This document shows positions 16,989 through 26,290 of a stretch of 54,851 nt of DNA, in pieces. Source of the stretch: Candidatus Hadarchaeum sp. (GTDB lineage: Archaea; Hadarchaeota; Hadarchaeia; Hadarchaeales; Hadarchaeaceae); the NCBI RefSeq assembly GCF_038871235.1, contig NZ_JAVZIN010000011.1:1-54851 (forward strand), read 5' to 3'. Positions within the stretch are counted from its first letter, which is position 1; each line of letters starts with the position of its first letter. The notes under the pieces are model-generated. The model saw nothing but the letters and a program-made list of their open reading frames with translations, did no database searches and was not told the DNA's origin. The position numbers and the translations under genes were made by a program.

Positions 16989-17768
16989 TTATCGCAGCCC
17001 AAGCACATCCTGCATGTCCCTTATTATTCCGGGCTTCCCCTTCTTGAGCACGTAGCGAATTGCCCTCATCACCCCAGCTGCAAAAACCTCGCGGCTCTTG
17101 GCCCGGTGGGTAATCTCCAGAGCCTCAAAGGGGTCTGAAAACACCAGCGTGTGATCGCCAACCACCTCTCCCTCCCGAATCGACTTTATCTTAATCTCCT
17201 CGGGATCAATGCCGAGCTCCTTTGCCACCTCCTCCGCTGCCTTCAACGCCGTTCCGCTGGGGACATCCTTCTTGTAAACGTGGTGTACCTCAGTGATGCT
17301 GGGCTCATAATCCCTGCCGAGGATGGCGGCGGCCTCACGAGCCAGCTTGAAAAACACATTCACCCCGACTGAGAAGTTGGGGGAAATCACCGCACGGATG
17401 CCGCTCCTTTTTATCGTCCTCTCCAGCTCCTTTCTCTGTTGTTCCGTGAAACCAGTGGTGCCCACAACAACAGCAACCTTGGCCCGGGAGGCGGCTTTTA
17501 TATTCTGTACTGAGGCCTCGGCAACGGTGAAGTCGACGAGGACATGGGGCTTGGCTTTCTTGAGGACCTCGCTGAGCTTGGTCGACTCCACGAGATTGAC
17601 ACCCAGCTTCTGGGCGCCAGCAATTAATCCGGCATCCTTCCCCATCATAGGGTGCTCGGGCACGTCCACCGCCGCCACTAGCTTCATGTCCTTCTGGCTG
17701 GCCACTTGGCGGACGATCAGCCTTCCCATTCGTCCGGCCGCCCCGCAGACCGCTACCCGGATCATCAC
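16989..17768 (-). CDS. dapB: 4-hydroxy-tetrahydrodipicolinate reductase
   Basis: 'GAAGRMG', 'VDFT', 'VVGTTGF', 'PNFSVGVN', 'EVHH..KKD.PSGTA', 'VVGDH'. Confidence 0.97.
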   Translation of the reverse strand: MMIRVAVCGAAGRMGRLIVRQVASQKDMKLVAAVDVPEHPMMGKDAGLIAGAQKLGVNLVESTKLSEVLKKAKPHVLVDFTVAEASVQNIKAASRAKVAVVVGTTGFTEQQRKELERTIKRSGIRAVISPNFSVGVNVFFKLAREAAAILGRDYEPSITEVHHVYKKDVPSGTALKAAEEVAKELGIDPEEIKIKSIREGEVVGDHTLVFSDPFEALEITHRAKSREVFAAGVMRAIRYVLKKGKPGIIRDMQDVLGLR

Positions 17769-18643
17769 AACACCCCCATCTCGACCAGAACCCGGCGCAG
17801 CTTCTCCTGATTCTCCGGCTGCATTTCCACCAGCGGCAGCCTGTAGCCACCAGCGGGCATACCCATCCAGTTCATAGCAGTCTTCACCGGTACCGGGTTG
17901 GTCTCGATAAAGAGCGCCTTGAAGAGCGGCATGAGTTCATCGTTCAACCTCCTCGCCGTCTCGACATCACCCGCGCGGAAGGAATCGACCAGTTTGACCA
18001 CCTTCTCAGGTACAATATTGGATGCCACCGAGATAACCCCCCGACCACCCAACTTCATTATCTCAAGGGTCAGTGCGTCGTCACCTGAAACTACCGTGAA
18101 ATCCTCTCCGCGGGTAAGCTCGATAATCTTGGCCACTTGGTTGAGATCACCGCTGGCCTCCTTCACGCCCACGATATTCTTCAGCTTGGCCAGCTTCGCC
18201 ATCGTCTCCGGAAGCATATTCACTCCGGTGCGGGAGGGGATATTATATATCATCTGAGGAATGTCGACTTCCTCGGCCAGTTTCTTGAAATGGGCGTAGA
18301 GACCGGCTTGGGTGGGCTTATTATAGTAGGGCACAACGATCAGCGCGCCATCGGCCCCGACCTCCTTTGCGTGCTTGGTGAGCATCAGCGCCTCCCAGGT
18401 GCTGTTGCTCCCGGTCCCGGCCAAGACCGGCACCCTGCCTCCCGCCTCATCGACAACAATCTCAATGACGCGGTTGTGTTCCTCGTAGGAGAGGGTGGGC
18501 GATTCTCCGGTGGTGCCGGTCGGAACCAAGCCGTGGATGCCCTTCCTGATCTGGAACCTCACGTTCTCGCGAAGTCCCTCCTCATCGATCTTCCCATCCC
18601 TGTCAAAGGGGGTCACCATCGCAGTATAAACGCCCTCAAACAT
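17765..18643 (-). CDS. dapA: 4-hydroxy-tetrahydrodipicolinate synthase
   Basis: 'GTTGESPTL', 'PYYNKPTQ', 'YNIPSRTG', 'GVKEASG', 'ETNPVPVK'. Confidence 0.97.
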   Translation of the reverse strand: MFEGVYTAMVTPFDRDGKIDEEGLRENVRFQIRKGIHGLVPTGTTGESPTLSYEEHNRVIEIVVDEAGGRVPVLAGTGSNSTWEALMLTKHAKEVGADGALIVVPYYNKPTQAGLYAHFKKLAEEVDIPQMIYNIPSRTGVNMLPETMAKLAKLKNIVGVKEASGDLNQVAKIIELTRGEDFTVVSGDDALTLEIMKLGGRGVISVASNIVPEKVVKLVDSFRAGDVETARRLNDELMPLFKALFIETNPVPVKTAMNWMGMPAGGYRLPLVEMQPENQEKLRRVLVEMGVL

Positions 18644-18646
18644 AGA

Positions 18647-19885
18647 TCAACCCTCGATATCTTTCATTGCTTTTTTGAAGAGTTTCAGCGCCTCCTCACG
18701 GACCTCCCAGTTAACGAAGAAGCTTATCGATGCCCGGCTGGAGATTATCTCGACGATGTTGATCTTGGCCCGGGCCAGGGGCTCGGTCAACTTTGCGATA
18801 ACGCCCGGGGCATAGATGAAACGCTCGCTCTCAGTTACGATCATGGCGATGTTGCCCTCGCTGGTGATCGCCTTCAGCTTGCTGCCGACGACGACGCGGT
18901 GAAGTATCGTCATCGCCCTCTTCGCGTCCTCCTCGGCAAGATAGATGGAGAATGATCTGGGGCCGATGGAAACTGCATAGATATTTATTCCTGCCTTGCT
19001 CAGCGGGGCTGAAAACTTGGCCAGAATGCCCGGCGTGGTCTGCATGGACTCACCCACGATCGTCAGCATCGCCAGCGGCTTTTCGTGCAGCCTAACGCTT
19101 GCCAAACCATCATCCCTCGGACCAACTATTTTGGTTCCACTCACACGTAAATTACCGTGTCGATAGTGTATAACCTTCGCGCTTATGTCCGGGTCCTTGT
19201 AAGCCATCGCCCTCGGGTGCATCACTTGGGCCCCGAACCTGGCGAGATCGGTCATCTCCTCGACCGTGATGCTCCTCAGGAGCTTGGCCTCGGGAACCTT
19301 GTTAGGGTCAGCCGTCATAACTCCTTCGACATCGGTGACGATAATTACCTCGTCGGCTTTCAAGCACCTGCCAATGAGAAAGGCGGTGATGTCACTGCCG
19401 CCCCGACCGATAGTCGTCACGTTGCCCTTTCTATCACGTCCCAGAAAGCCGCAGATGACAGGGACCACTCCATCCTCGAGTAGAGGCACGATAAACTTCT
19501 GCACCCGCTGTTTAGTGGCCTCGAAGTCGATGTTCGCCATGCCGAAGTTGCTATCCGTAATCACCGGCCAGATCTCCATCCCTGGATCAACATAAATCGA
19601 CTTTACGCCCAAGCTTTTCAGCGCTGCTGAGAAGATACGGGCGCTGGTGCGTTCCCCCATCGCCAAGATATCGTCAAAATCCTTGGGGTCAATCTTATCC
19701 TGAGAGCTGCCCTTCGCCGCCGCCACCAGTTCATCGGTGTAATGCCCCATCGCCGAGACCACCACGACAATCTGGGTTCCTCGGCGGTACTCATCCCAAA
19801 CGGACTTGGCCCCCAGCCTGATGCGATCGGCATTGCCCACGCTGGTGCCGCCGAACTTCACCACAATGCGCCTCATTTCAACCAA
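18647..19885 (-). CDS. lysC: Aspartate kinase with two ACT domains
   Basis: 'VVKFGGTSV', 'VVVVSAMG..TD', 'GRGGSDITA', 'TDVEGV.TADP'. Confidence 0.95.
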   Translation of the reverse strand: MVEMRRIVVKFGGTSVGNADRIRLGAKSVWDEYRRGTQIVVVVSAMGHYTDELVAAAKGSSQDKIDPKDFDDILAMGERTSARIFSAALKSLGVKSIYVDPGMEIWPVITDSNFGMANIDFEATKQRVQKFIVPLLEDGVVPVICGFLGRDRKGNVTTIGRGGSDITAFLIGRCLKADEVIIVTDVEGVMTADPNKVPEAKLLRSITVEEMTDLARFGAQVMHPRAMAYKDPDISAKVIHYRHGNLRVSGTKIVGPRDDGLASVRLHEKPLAMLTIVGESMQTTPGILAKFSAPLSKAGINIYAVSIGPRSFSIYLAEEDAKRAMTILHRVVVGSKLKAITSEGNIAMIVTESERFIYAPGVIAKLTEPLARAKINIVEIISSRASISFFVNWEVREEALKLFKKAMKDIEG

Positions 19886-21186
19886 CCGGGAATTCGGTCA
19901 AGCCTAGTGAGATCGTCATACGTTTCTCTTCTTCTGACTATCTCGGCCTTTTCTCCGTTAACGAGAACCATGGCCGGTCGCGGCTGGGCGGTATGCTGAC
20001 AAGCCATGGCCAGCCCGTATGCGCCCACATCAAAAACCACCGCGAGATCTCCTTGCTCAACTTTGGGCAGCCTTCTATCCTTCCCGAGAAAATCTCCAGA
20101 TTCGCAGAGCGGGCCAGCGACGTTGACGAGTAACTCGTTCCTCTGATTCATCTTGTTGGCGAGTTCAATATGATGATAGGCACCATAAAGTGCCGGCCTC
20201 ATCAGAGCATTCATGCCCGCATCTACCGCCACCCAGTCCGGCATGCCCGGGCGCTCCTTGATATAACCAACCCTGGCCAACAACACACAGGAATCACCGA
20301 CAATGAAGCGGCCGGGCTCCAGCAACAGCATTGGCTTTTCCAGTCCCTCTTCATGTACGACTCTTTTCACCACGTTGACCATCTTCTCAGCCACCTCCTC
20401 CGGAGGTAACTCCTTGTCCCCAGGCTTGTAGGGGATTCCGATGCCGCCGCCGAAGTCCACAAACTTGATGTCGATGTCAAACTTTTCTTTAACCTCAGAA
20501 ACAATCCCCATGATCTTTTCAGCCTCCTCCACAAATGGAGAGGCATCCAAGATCTGTGAACCCACGTTGGCATGGATGCCAAGCACTTCAACGGAGGGCA
20601 TCTCCTTGGCGCGCTCGTAAGCCGCCAAAGCTTGACCGCTAGGGACATCAAACCCGAACTTGCTCTCCCTGAGTCCCACAGCTATATAAGGGTGGGTGTC
20701 GGCCCTGATGTCTGGATTTATCCTGAAACCGATCCTCGCCCGCTTGCCGAGACGGCGTGCTATTTTATCAATCGTCTCTAGCTCCTGAAAGCTGTCGACG
20801 TTAATCAGGACATCGTTAAGTATGGCCAACTCCAGCTCCCGATGGGTTTTGTAGTTACCGTTGAAGACAATTTTTTCGCCGAGAATACCTACATTAAGAG
20901 CAATCCTGAGTTCTATTTCTGAGCTGACGTCAGCGCCCGCGCCTTCGGACTGGAGGATCTTCACCACAGCCATGTTCGAGTTCGCCTTAAGGGCATAGTG
21001 TATCCTCACCTCAGGCCAGCGACTAGAAAAAGCCCTAAGATAGCGCCGATACCTCTCGCGGATTCTCTGCTCATCAACCACATAGAGGGGGGTGCCAAAT
21101 CTCTCAGCTAGCTCCACCGCATCCAAATTGCCGATCACCAAGTGACCCAGCGAGTTCACCGAAAAATGCTCCTTGAGCATCAACAT
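19873..21186 (-). CDS. lysA: Diaminopimelate decarboxylase
   Basis: 'FGTPLYV.D', 'YALKAN', 'SKFG', 'DFGGG.GI', 'LEPGRFIV', 'AGPLCESGD', 'GAYG'. Confidence 0.95.
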   Translation of the reverse strand: MLMLKEHFSVNSLGHLVIGNLDAVELAERFGTPLYVVDEQRIRERYRRYLRAFSSRWPEVRIHYALKANSNMAVVKILQSEGAGADVSSEIELRIALNVGILGEKIVFNGNYKTHRELELAILNDVLINVDSFQELETIDKIARRLGKRARIGFRINPDIRADTHPYIAVGLRESKFGFDVPSGQALAAYERAKEMPSVEVLGIHANVGSQILDASPFVEEAEKIMGIVSEVKEKFDIDIKFVDFGGGIGIPYKPGDKELPPEEVAEKMVNVVKRVVHEEGLEKPMLLLEPGRFIVGDSCVLLARVGYIKERPGMPDWVAVDAGMNALMRPALYGAYHHIELANKMNQRNELLVNVAGPLCESGDFLGKDRRLPKVEQGDLAVVFDVGAYGLAMACQHTAQPRPAMVLVNGEKAEIVRRRETYDDLTRLDRIPGWLK

Positions 21187-22535
21187 TTTCTCTCGACCTC
21201 TCGCAGGGACTCCTCAAGTAGATTTAGGCCGAGGTCGAGGTCCCGCTCACTTATTATCAGCGGTGGTGCAATCCTGATGCTGGCATTGCCTCCCCTGAAG
21301 ACAATCAGTCCTCGCTTCAAAGCCTCGGCCACGATCATATCCCGTTCCTTGACCCCGTGCTGCTTCGTCCGCTTGTCCCTGACGATCTCCAAGGCCAACA
21401 TCAGTCCCAGTCCCCTCGCCTCCCCGACGATCTTCGACTTCTCCTCCAGTTCCTTCAGCCGTTTCAGAGCCATTTCACCGAGATCGGCCGCTCTCTTGAC
21501 TAGCTTCTGCTCCTCAAGTATCTTCAGGCCCTCAATCGCCGCAGCGCAGGCGACAAGGTTGCCGCCGAAGGTCGAGGCGTGGGCACCGGGTTCCCAATCC
21601 ATCACCTCGGCCCTAGCGATCATGGCACCTATCGGGGCTATCCCGCAGGAAAGTGCCTTGGCCAGACAGATGATATCTGGGACTACACCCCAGTGTTCGA
21701 TGGCAAACATCTTGCCCGAGCGGCCCAGCCCCGTTTGAACCTCGTCGACTATGAAGAGCCAGCCGTGCTCATCACAGAGTTCCTTGATCTGTTGATAATA
21801 TCCCGGGGGCGGTATTATGTAACCCGAGTTTCCCTGAATGGGCTCGGTGATGATCGCAGCCACCTCCTCGGGTGGCACCACCTTCCTCAGTTGATCCCTA
21901 ATGAAATCAACGCAGAGGAAACTGCAGTCAGGGTGGGTCTTGCCAAACGGGCAGCGATAGCAGTAAGGGTAGGGTAGGTGGGTGACCCCCGGGACCAAGG
22001 GTGAGAAGTAGCGGTGGTGCAAGACGTTTGTGGAGGAAAGGCTCATCGCGCCAAAGGTTCTGCCGTGAAAGGCCCCGGTGTAAGCGAGCATCCTCGGGCG
22101 TCGGGTGTGCCAGCGGGCGCACTTGAAAGCAGCCTCAACCGCCTCCGCCCCGGAATTGCCGAAGTAGACCCTCTTGGGAAAATCACCCGGAGTTATCCTC
22201 ACCAGCCTCTCCGCCAGCTCCACTTGAGCGGGATAGTAAAAGTCGGTCCCGGCGAAATGGGTCAGCTTTTTGGCCTGCTTAACCACGGCCCTGATGATGC
22301 GGGGATGCGAGTAGCCGTAGTTGAGCACGAACATTCCGGAGGAGAGGTCCAAAAGCACATTGCCGTCTAGATCCTTTACATAGCATCCCCAGCCCTCCTC
22401 CGCCGCAATTGGCTCGGCCCTAGTGTAAGACGGGGACATCACCTTCTCGTCCTTGGCCACGAGCTCCCTCGCCCTAGGGCCGGGAATCTCCTTGATCACT
22501 CTCGGTCCTCCCTTGACCCACGATGGCTTTGACAT
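21180..22535 (-). CDS. Class III PLP aminotransferase (GabT/ArgD-like), first gene of the lysine operon
   Basis: 'GNSGAEAVEAA', 'AFHGRT', 'EPIQG', 'DEVQTGLGRSG', 'AKAL', 'STFGGN'. Overlaps the lysA start. Confidence 0.92.
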   Translation of the reverse strand: MSKPSWVKGGPRVIKEIPGPRARELVAKDEKVMSPSYTRAEPIAAEEGWGCYVKDLDGNVLLDLSSGMFVLNYGYSHPRIIRAVVKQAKKLTHFAGTDFYYPAQVELAERLVRITPGDFPKRVYFGNSGAEAVEAAFKCARWHTRRPRMLAYTGAFHGRTFGAMSLSSTNVLHHRYFSPLVPGVTHLPYPYCYRCPFGKTHPDCSFLCVDFIRDQLRKVVPPEEVAAIITEPIQGNSGYIIPPPGYYQQIKELCDEHGWLFIVDEVQTGLGRSGKMFAIEHWGVVPDIICLAKALSCGIAPIGAMIARAEVMDWEPGAHASTFGGNLVACAAAIEGLKILEEQKLVKRAADLGEMALKRLKELEEKSKIVGEARGLGLMLALEIVRDKRTKQHGVKERDMIVAEALKRGLIVFRGGNASIRIAPPLIISERDLDLGLNLLEESLREVERKC

Positions 22536-22694
22536 AAGATCACACCTCATCCTTGATTCTTTTCTCCTTAAATATTTGAGGAAAAAATCATTTTCTTAAC
22601 AACTGGTGGTTATGGTCATCATGAATGCCGAAAAACAGACCAACCTCATCCATTAATATTTGATGAGAAATAGATATGCGAGGAGGCCGGACGC

Positions 22695-24206
22695 ATGTAT
22701 CTCATTCTGGGATGCGGCGACGTGGGTTACTCGGTAGCGGCCGAGCTAAAGAGTCGCGGCGCAGAGCTGGTGATCATCGATCGGGACCCGAAGCGCGTTG
22801 AGCAGCTGAAGCAGCTGGGCTACAACGCGGTCGTGGGTGACTTCGGTCTGCCCGATGTTCTGCGGGAAGCCGGCTTTGAGCGCGCCGAGATGATCCTAAT
22901 CATGGCTCCTGAGTTCTCCTCTGTGGAAAGTGCTCTGGGCGCCATCGGCAGGCTCAAGACGGAACTAAAGATTGACCCGGTCGTGGTCGCTCGGGTCACT
23001 GACGAGGCCGAGGTTGATGAGGTTAAAAGGCTGGGGGCCAGCGACGCCCTACCCAGCTCACAGCTCTTGGCGAGATTTACCGTCGACAGGTTTGAAGCCC
23101 TCAGGGCCATGGTCAAGGAGAAGAGGCTCCGGGCCTTAATCCAAGAGTTGGTCGGCGGCAGGCTTGCCATCGTCCTTCAGACCAATCCCGACCCTGACAG
23201 CATCGCCAGCGGGGTGGCGCTCAAGCGCTATGCCAAGGCCTTCGGGCTCGACTCCGACCTGATTTATGACGGTGTGGTCGGACATCCTCAAAACCGCGCC
23301 CTAGTCAACCTGCTGGAGCTGAACCTGCAAGAGGCCGAGAAAACCGACTTCACCAAGTACACCTCGTTTGCGCTGGTGGACGTGGCCACGCACGCTAACT
23401 GCGCCCTACCAAAGAGCATCATCCCAACCATCGTCATCGACCACCACTCGGTGCCTTCAGGAGAAGTCAGGGGGAGATATGTAGACACCTCCCTTGTCGG
23501 CGCCAACGCCACCATCATGACAAACTACCTCAAGTATGGTGGGGTTGAGATCGATGGACCCACTGCGGCGGCCTTGATCGTCGGGATCCTCACGGACACC
23601 ATGTTCTTCACCCGCGGGGCCAAGGCACCTGACTTCGAAGCCTTTGAGCATCTGATGAAAATCGTGGACACAGATTTGCTCAACCGGCTGCTCTGGCCGA
23701 CGATAACCTCTGACGCCCTGGATGTTCTGGCGACAGCGATAAAGAACAGCAAGTTGAAAGGGGGCTACTTATTAGCCAACGTGGGTGAGGTCAAAGAGAG
23801 AGATCTCATCGCCCAGGCTGCCGATTTTCTGCTCAACCGAGATGGGGTCACGACCACTTTCATCTACGGCATCTGTGGCGACGTCGTCCGCGTCTCGGCG
23901 AGGACCAAGGACGTAACCCTTCACTTGGGCCAGAAGTTGAGGGAGGCCTTTAGCGAGATCGGCTCGGGCGGCGGGCATCCGCGAATGGCTGGTGCCACCA
24001 TACCGCTCACCTACTTTGGCAGGGCAAACCGCGCCACCGTCAAAAGAGAACTGAACCGGGTGGTCGCGAAAAGGTTCCTCGAAGCGGTGGGGCTGGAGAA
24101 ACCGAAGACAAAACGGAAGAAAAAACCCAGCGCGCCGGCGCCTAAGCCGAAAGCCCCCAAGCAGAAGACGGTCGAGCCCCCGCCTCAACAGCAACGCCTG
24201 TTGTGA
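22695..24206 (+). CDS. TrkA-N (RCK) + DHH/DHHA1 phosphoesterase fusion
   Basis: N-terminal 'ILGCGDVG' Rossmann motif. 'NPDPDS', 'IDHH', 'GILTDT', 'GGGHP.MAGA'. Basic Pro-rich tail. Confidence 0.88.
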   Translation: MYLILGCGDVGYSVAAELKSRGAELVIIDRDPKRVEQLKQLGYNAVVGDFGLPDVLREAGFERAEMILIMAPEFSSVESALGAIGRLKTELKIDPVVVARVTDEAEVDEVKRLGASDALPSSQLLARFTVDRFEALRAMVKEKRLRALIQELVGGRLAIVLQTNPDPDSIASGVALKRYAKAFGLDSDLIYDGVVGHPQNRALVNLLELNLQEAEKTDFTKYTSFALVDVATHANCALPKSIIPTIVIDHHSVPSGEVRGRYVDTSLVGANATIMTNYLKYGGVEIDGPTAAALIVGILTDTMFFTRGAKAPDFEAFEHLMKIVDTDLLNRLLWPTITSDALDVLATAIKNSKLKGGYLLANVGEVKERDLIAQAADFLLNRDGVTTTFIYGICGDVVRVSARTKDVTLHLGQKLREAFSEIGSGGGHPRMAGATIPLTYFGRANRATVKRELNRVVAKRFLEAVGLEKPKTKRKKKPSAPAPKPKAPKQKTVEPPPQQQRLL

Positions 24207-24279
24207 AAAACCCTGATTAATCTGGAAAAGATCCTGCTTGAGTTTATCCCAAAGAAAAAGAATCATAATTGGGGTGGAT

Positions 24280-25107
24280 TTGACGAACCTCCACGAGTCC
24301 CTGCAAGGAATTCTCACCAAAAAGGAGCTGGAGTTGCTGCCGAGGAGATTCAAGAGAATTGGACACGTGGCGATCATCAATTTACCTGACGAACTTCTAA
24401 ACAGATCCCAGGAGATCGCGCTGAAGATAATGGAACTCACCGGCGCCAAGACTGTCGCCCTGAGCGAAGGAGGAATCACAGGAAAATTTCGAGTACCACG
24501 GCTGAGGGTCATCGCTGGCAATCCCAATACTGAAGTCATCCACGTGGAAAACGGTTGCAGATTCAAAATGGACGTAGCGAAGGTCATGTTCTCCCCGGGC
24601 AATGTCCACGAAAGAAAAAGGATCGCCGATTTGGTTTCACCGGGCGAGGTCGTTGTTGACCTGTTTGCCGGCGTGGGCCAGTTCAGCATCCCCATTGCCG
24701 TACATGCCAAACCCCGCCGTGTCCACTCCATCGAGATGAACCAGATCGCCTTCGGCTATCTCCAGGAAAACGTCAGGATTAACAAGGTGGGCCACATCGT
24801 GAGACCAATCATGGGTGACTGTAGCGCGGTCGCCCCGAAGGGTGTTGCCGACCGGGTGATCATGGGGATTCTCCACGTGACCCACCGCTACCTGCCGCTG
24901 GCGATGGAGGTCCTCAAGCCGGAGGGTGGCGTGATTCATTACCACGAGACAGTACCCTCGCCGCTCAGGTTCAAGCGCCCGGTAGAAAGAATTTTTCAGG
25001 CGGCAGGTGGTCGAGAAGTGGAGATAATCAACCGACGTGTTGTGAAAAGATATTCTCCTGGAGTTGACCATGTGGTTGTCGATGCGAAGATCGGCGGGAT
25101 GAAATAG
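24280..25107 (+). CDS. Trm5/Taw2 (Met-10+) SAM-dependent tRNA modification enzyme
   Basis: 'H.ENGC.FK.DV.KVMFSPGN..ER', 'VVDLFAGVGQFSI', 'ADRVIMG', 'VK.YSPGV.H.V.D'. Confidence 0.9.
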   Translation: MTNLHESLQGILTKKELELLPRRFKRIGHVAIINLPDELLNRSQEIALKIMELTGAKTVALSEGGITGKFRVPRLRVIAGNPNTEVIHVENGCRFKMDVAKVMFSPGNVHERKRIADLVSPGEVVVDLFAGVGQFSIPIAVHAKPRRVHSIEMNQIAFGYLQENVRINKVGHIVRPIMGDCSAVAPKGVADRVIMGILHVTHRYLPLAMEVLKPEGGVIHYHETVPSPLRFKRPVERIFQAAGGREVEIINRRVVKRYSPGVDHVVVDAKIGGMK

Positions 25108-25158
25108 CTGGGTTTTTAGCGAGCCAATAAGATGTAAACTAAGGGGGTTGATCAAATC

Positions 25159-25632
25159 CTGCAGGAACCTACCCAGAAGGAACTCATCAAGCTCAGGGCT
25201 ATGGCCGACTATCTTTTTGACAGAGGAGTCGGAGCGCAGCTTTTTCCAGATGGTGTTCGCGTCATCAAAACTCACGGCAGGATCAGGCAGGTCTGGCTGG
25301 GCGACAAAATCCTGTGCACGATCAGGGCCTCAGATGGGTTCATCGTGCTAAACAGGAAAGGTGCGGAACTTCTCCATGCCGCCCTCAAGCCACCGCGCCT
25401 GAGGGTCACCGTGAGCGAAGAAGCAGCCCCATTGGTTGCCAGCGGCAGAACTGTCTTCGCCAAGCACGTGATGGCCGCGGACCCGGAGATCAGGCCGGCT
25501 GAAGAGGTTCTTGTCGTTGACCCCCAAGACAAACTGCTCGCCAGCGGTAAGGCCCTGCTCAACGGGGAAGAAATGGTAGCATTTAAGACGGGTGTGGCAG
25601 TGGTGGTCAGAAGAGGTTTTGGTGGAGATTAA
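25159..25632 (+). CDS. Stand-alone ArcTGT C2 + PUA domain protein
   Basis: 'LRAMADY.F..G', 'TGR.R.V'-like segment and PUA 'G..VFAKHV..AD..IRP.EEV.VV'. The frame is open upstream of ATG 25201 with a candidate CTG start at 25159. Confidence 0.85.
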   Translation: MQEPTQKELIKLRAMADYLFDRGVGAQLFPDGVRVIKTHGRIRQVWLGDKILCTIRASDGFIVLNRKGAELLHAALKPPRLRVTVSEEAAPLVASGRTVFAKHVMAADPEIRPAEEVLVVDPQDKLLASGKALLNGEEMVAFKTGVAVVVRRGFGGD

Positions 25633-25682
25633 TGTTTTAGGTTGAAAAAATAAAATCTGCCTAAAATGGAACTGGTGAAAAG

Positions 25683-26027
25683 ATGTTCCCAAGAAAGATA
25701 GACCGGCGCCAGATGGAAAGGGCCATGCGCCAGATGGGTGTCAAGATGCAGGAGCTTGACGGCGTTCAAGAGGTGATAATAAAATTCTCCGATCGGGAAA
25801 TCGTCATCCCCGAGGCCCAGGTGACGCTCACCGAGATGGCCGGACAGAGAAGCTACCAGGTCGTGGGCAGGGAAATTGAACGCAAGCTGGTGCCGGAAAT
25901 TCCTGAGGAAGATATTAAGCTGGTTATGGAGCAGTCAGGGACAAACAGGGAAACTGCAGTTCAGGCGCTCCGGGAAACAAGCGGCGATATCGCGGAGGCA
26001 ATTCTGAAACTTAAAGGGAAGCAATAG
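25683..26027 (+). CDS. nac: Nascent polypeptide-associated complex protein
   Basis: 'RQM..MRQMG....L..V.EVII', with UBA-like 'EEDI.LV.EQ......A..AL....GDIAEAI.KL'. Confidence 0.95.
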   Translation: MFPRKIDRRQMERAMRQMGVKMQELDGVQEVIIKFSDREIVIPEAQVTLTEMAGQRSYQVVGREIERKLVPEIPEEDIKLVMEQSGTNRETAVQALRETSGDIAEAILKLKGKQ

Positions 26028-26068
26028 TCCCGGTTGTCGCTGGTCAAAAAATTTCTCGACGAATTCAT

Positions 26069-26287
26069 TCATCTGGTCAAAATCGCGATTATGATCGAAA
26101 CTGCGGAAATAATCAGCAGTATCGGCGAGGTAACGAAAACGAAGCCATCGCTGCGGTAGACGTAGATGATCCACCACGGCACCTTGGAAAGGTCGATGTA
26201 ATTTCCGATGACTGGAATGAGCACCAGCGCTATCCCGATGAGGATGAAAGCCACGCCGAGCAGCGTTATCGCGTTCGTGGCGACCAC
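26069..26287 (-). CDS. Small 2-TM membrane protein (DUF2905-like)
   Basis: Two hydrophobic helices around 'IYVYRSDGFVFVTSPI'. Same strand as, and 3 nt downstream of, the B3/B4 gene. Confidence 0.6.
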   Translation of the reverse strand: MVATNAITLLGVAFILIGIALVLIPVIGNYIDLSKVPWWIIYVYRSDGFVFVTSPILLIISAVSIIIAILTR

Positions 26288-26290
26288 CGC

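Noticed and set aside
22551-22694. Lysine riboswitch upstream of the lysine operon
   Set aside because: The region is short, AT-rich and unstructured; it looks like a divergent promoter.
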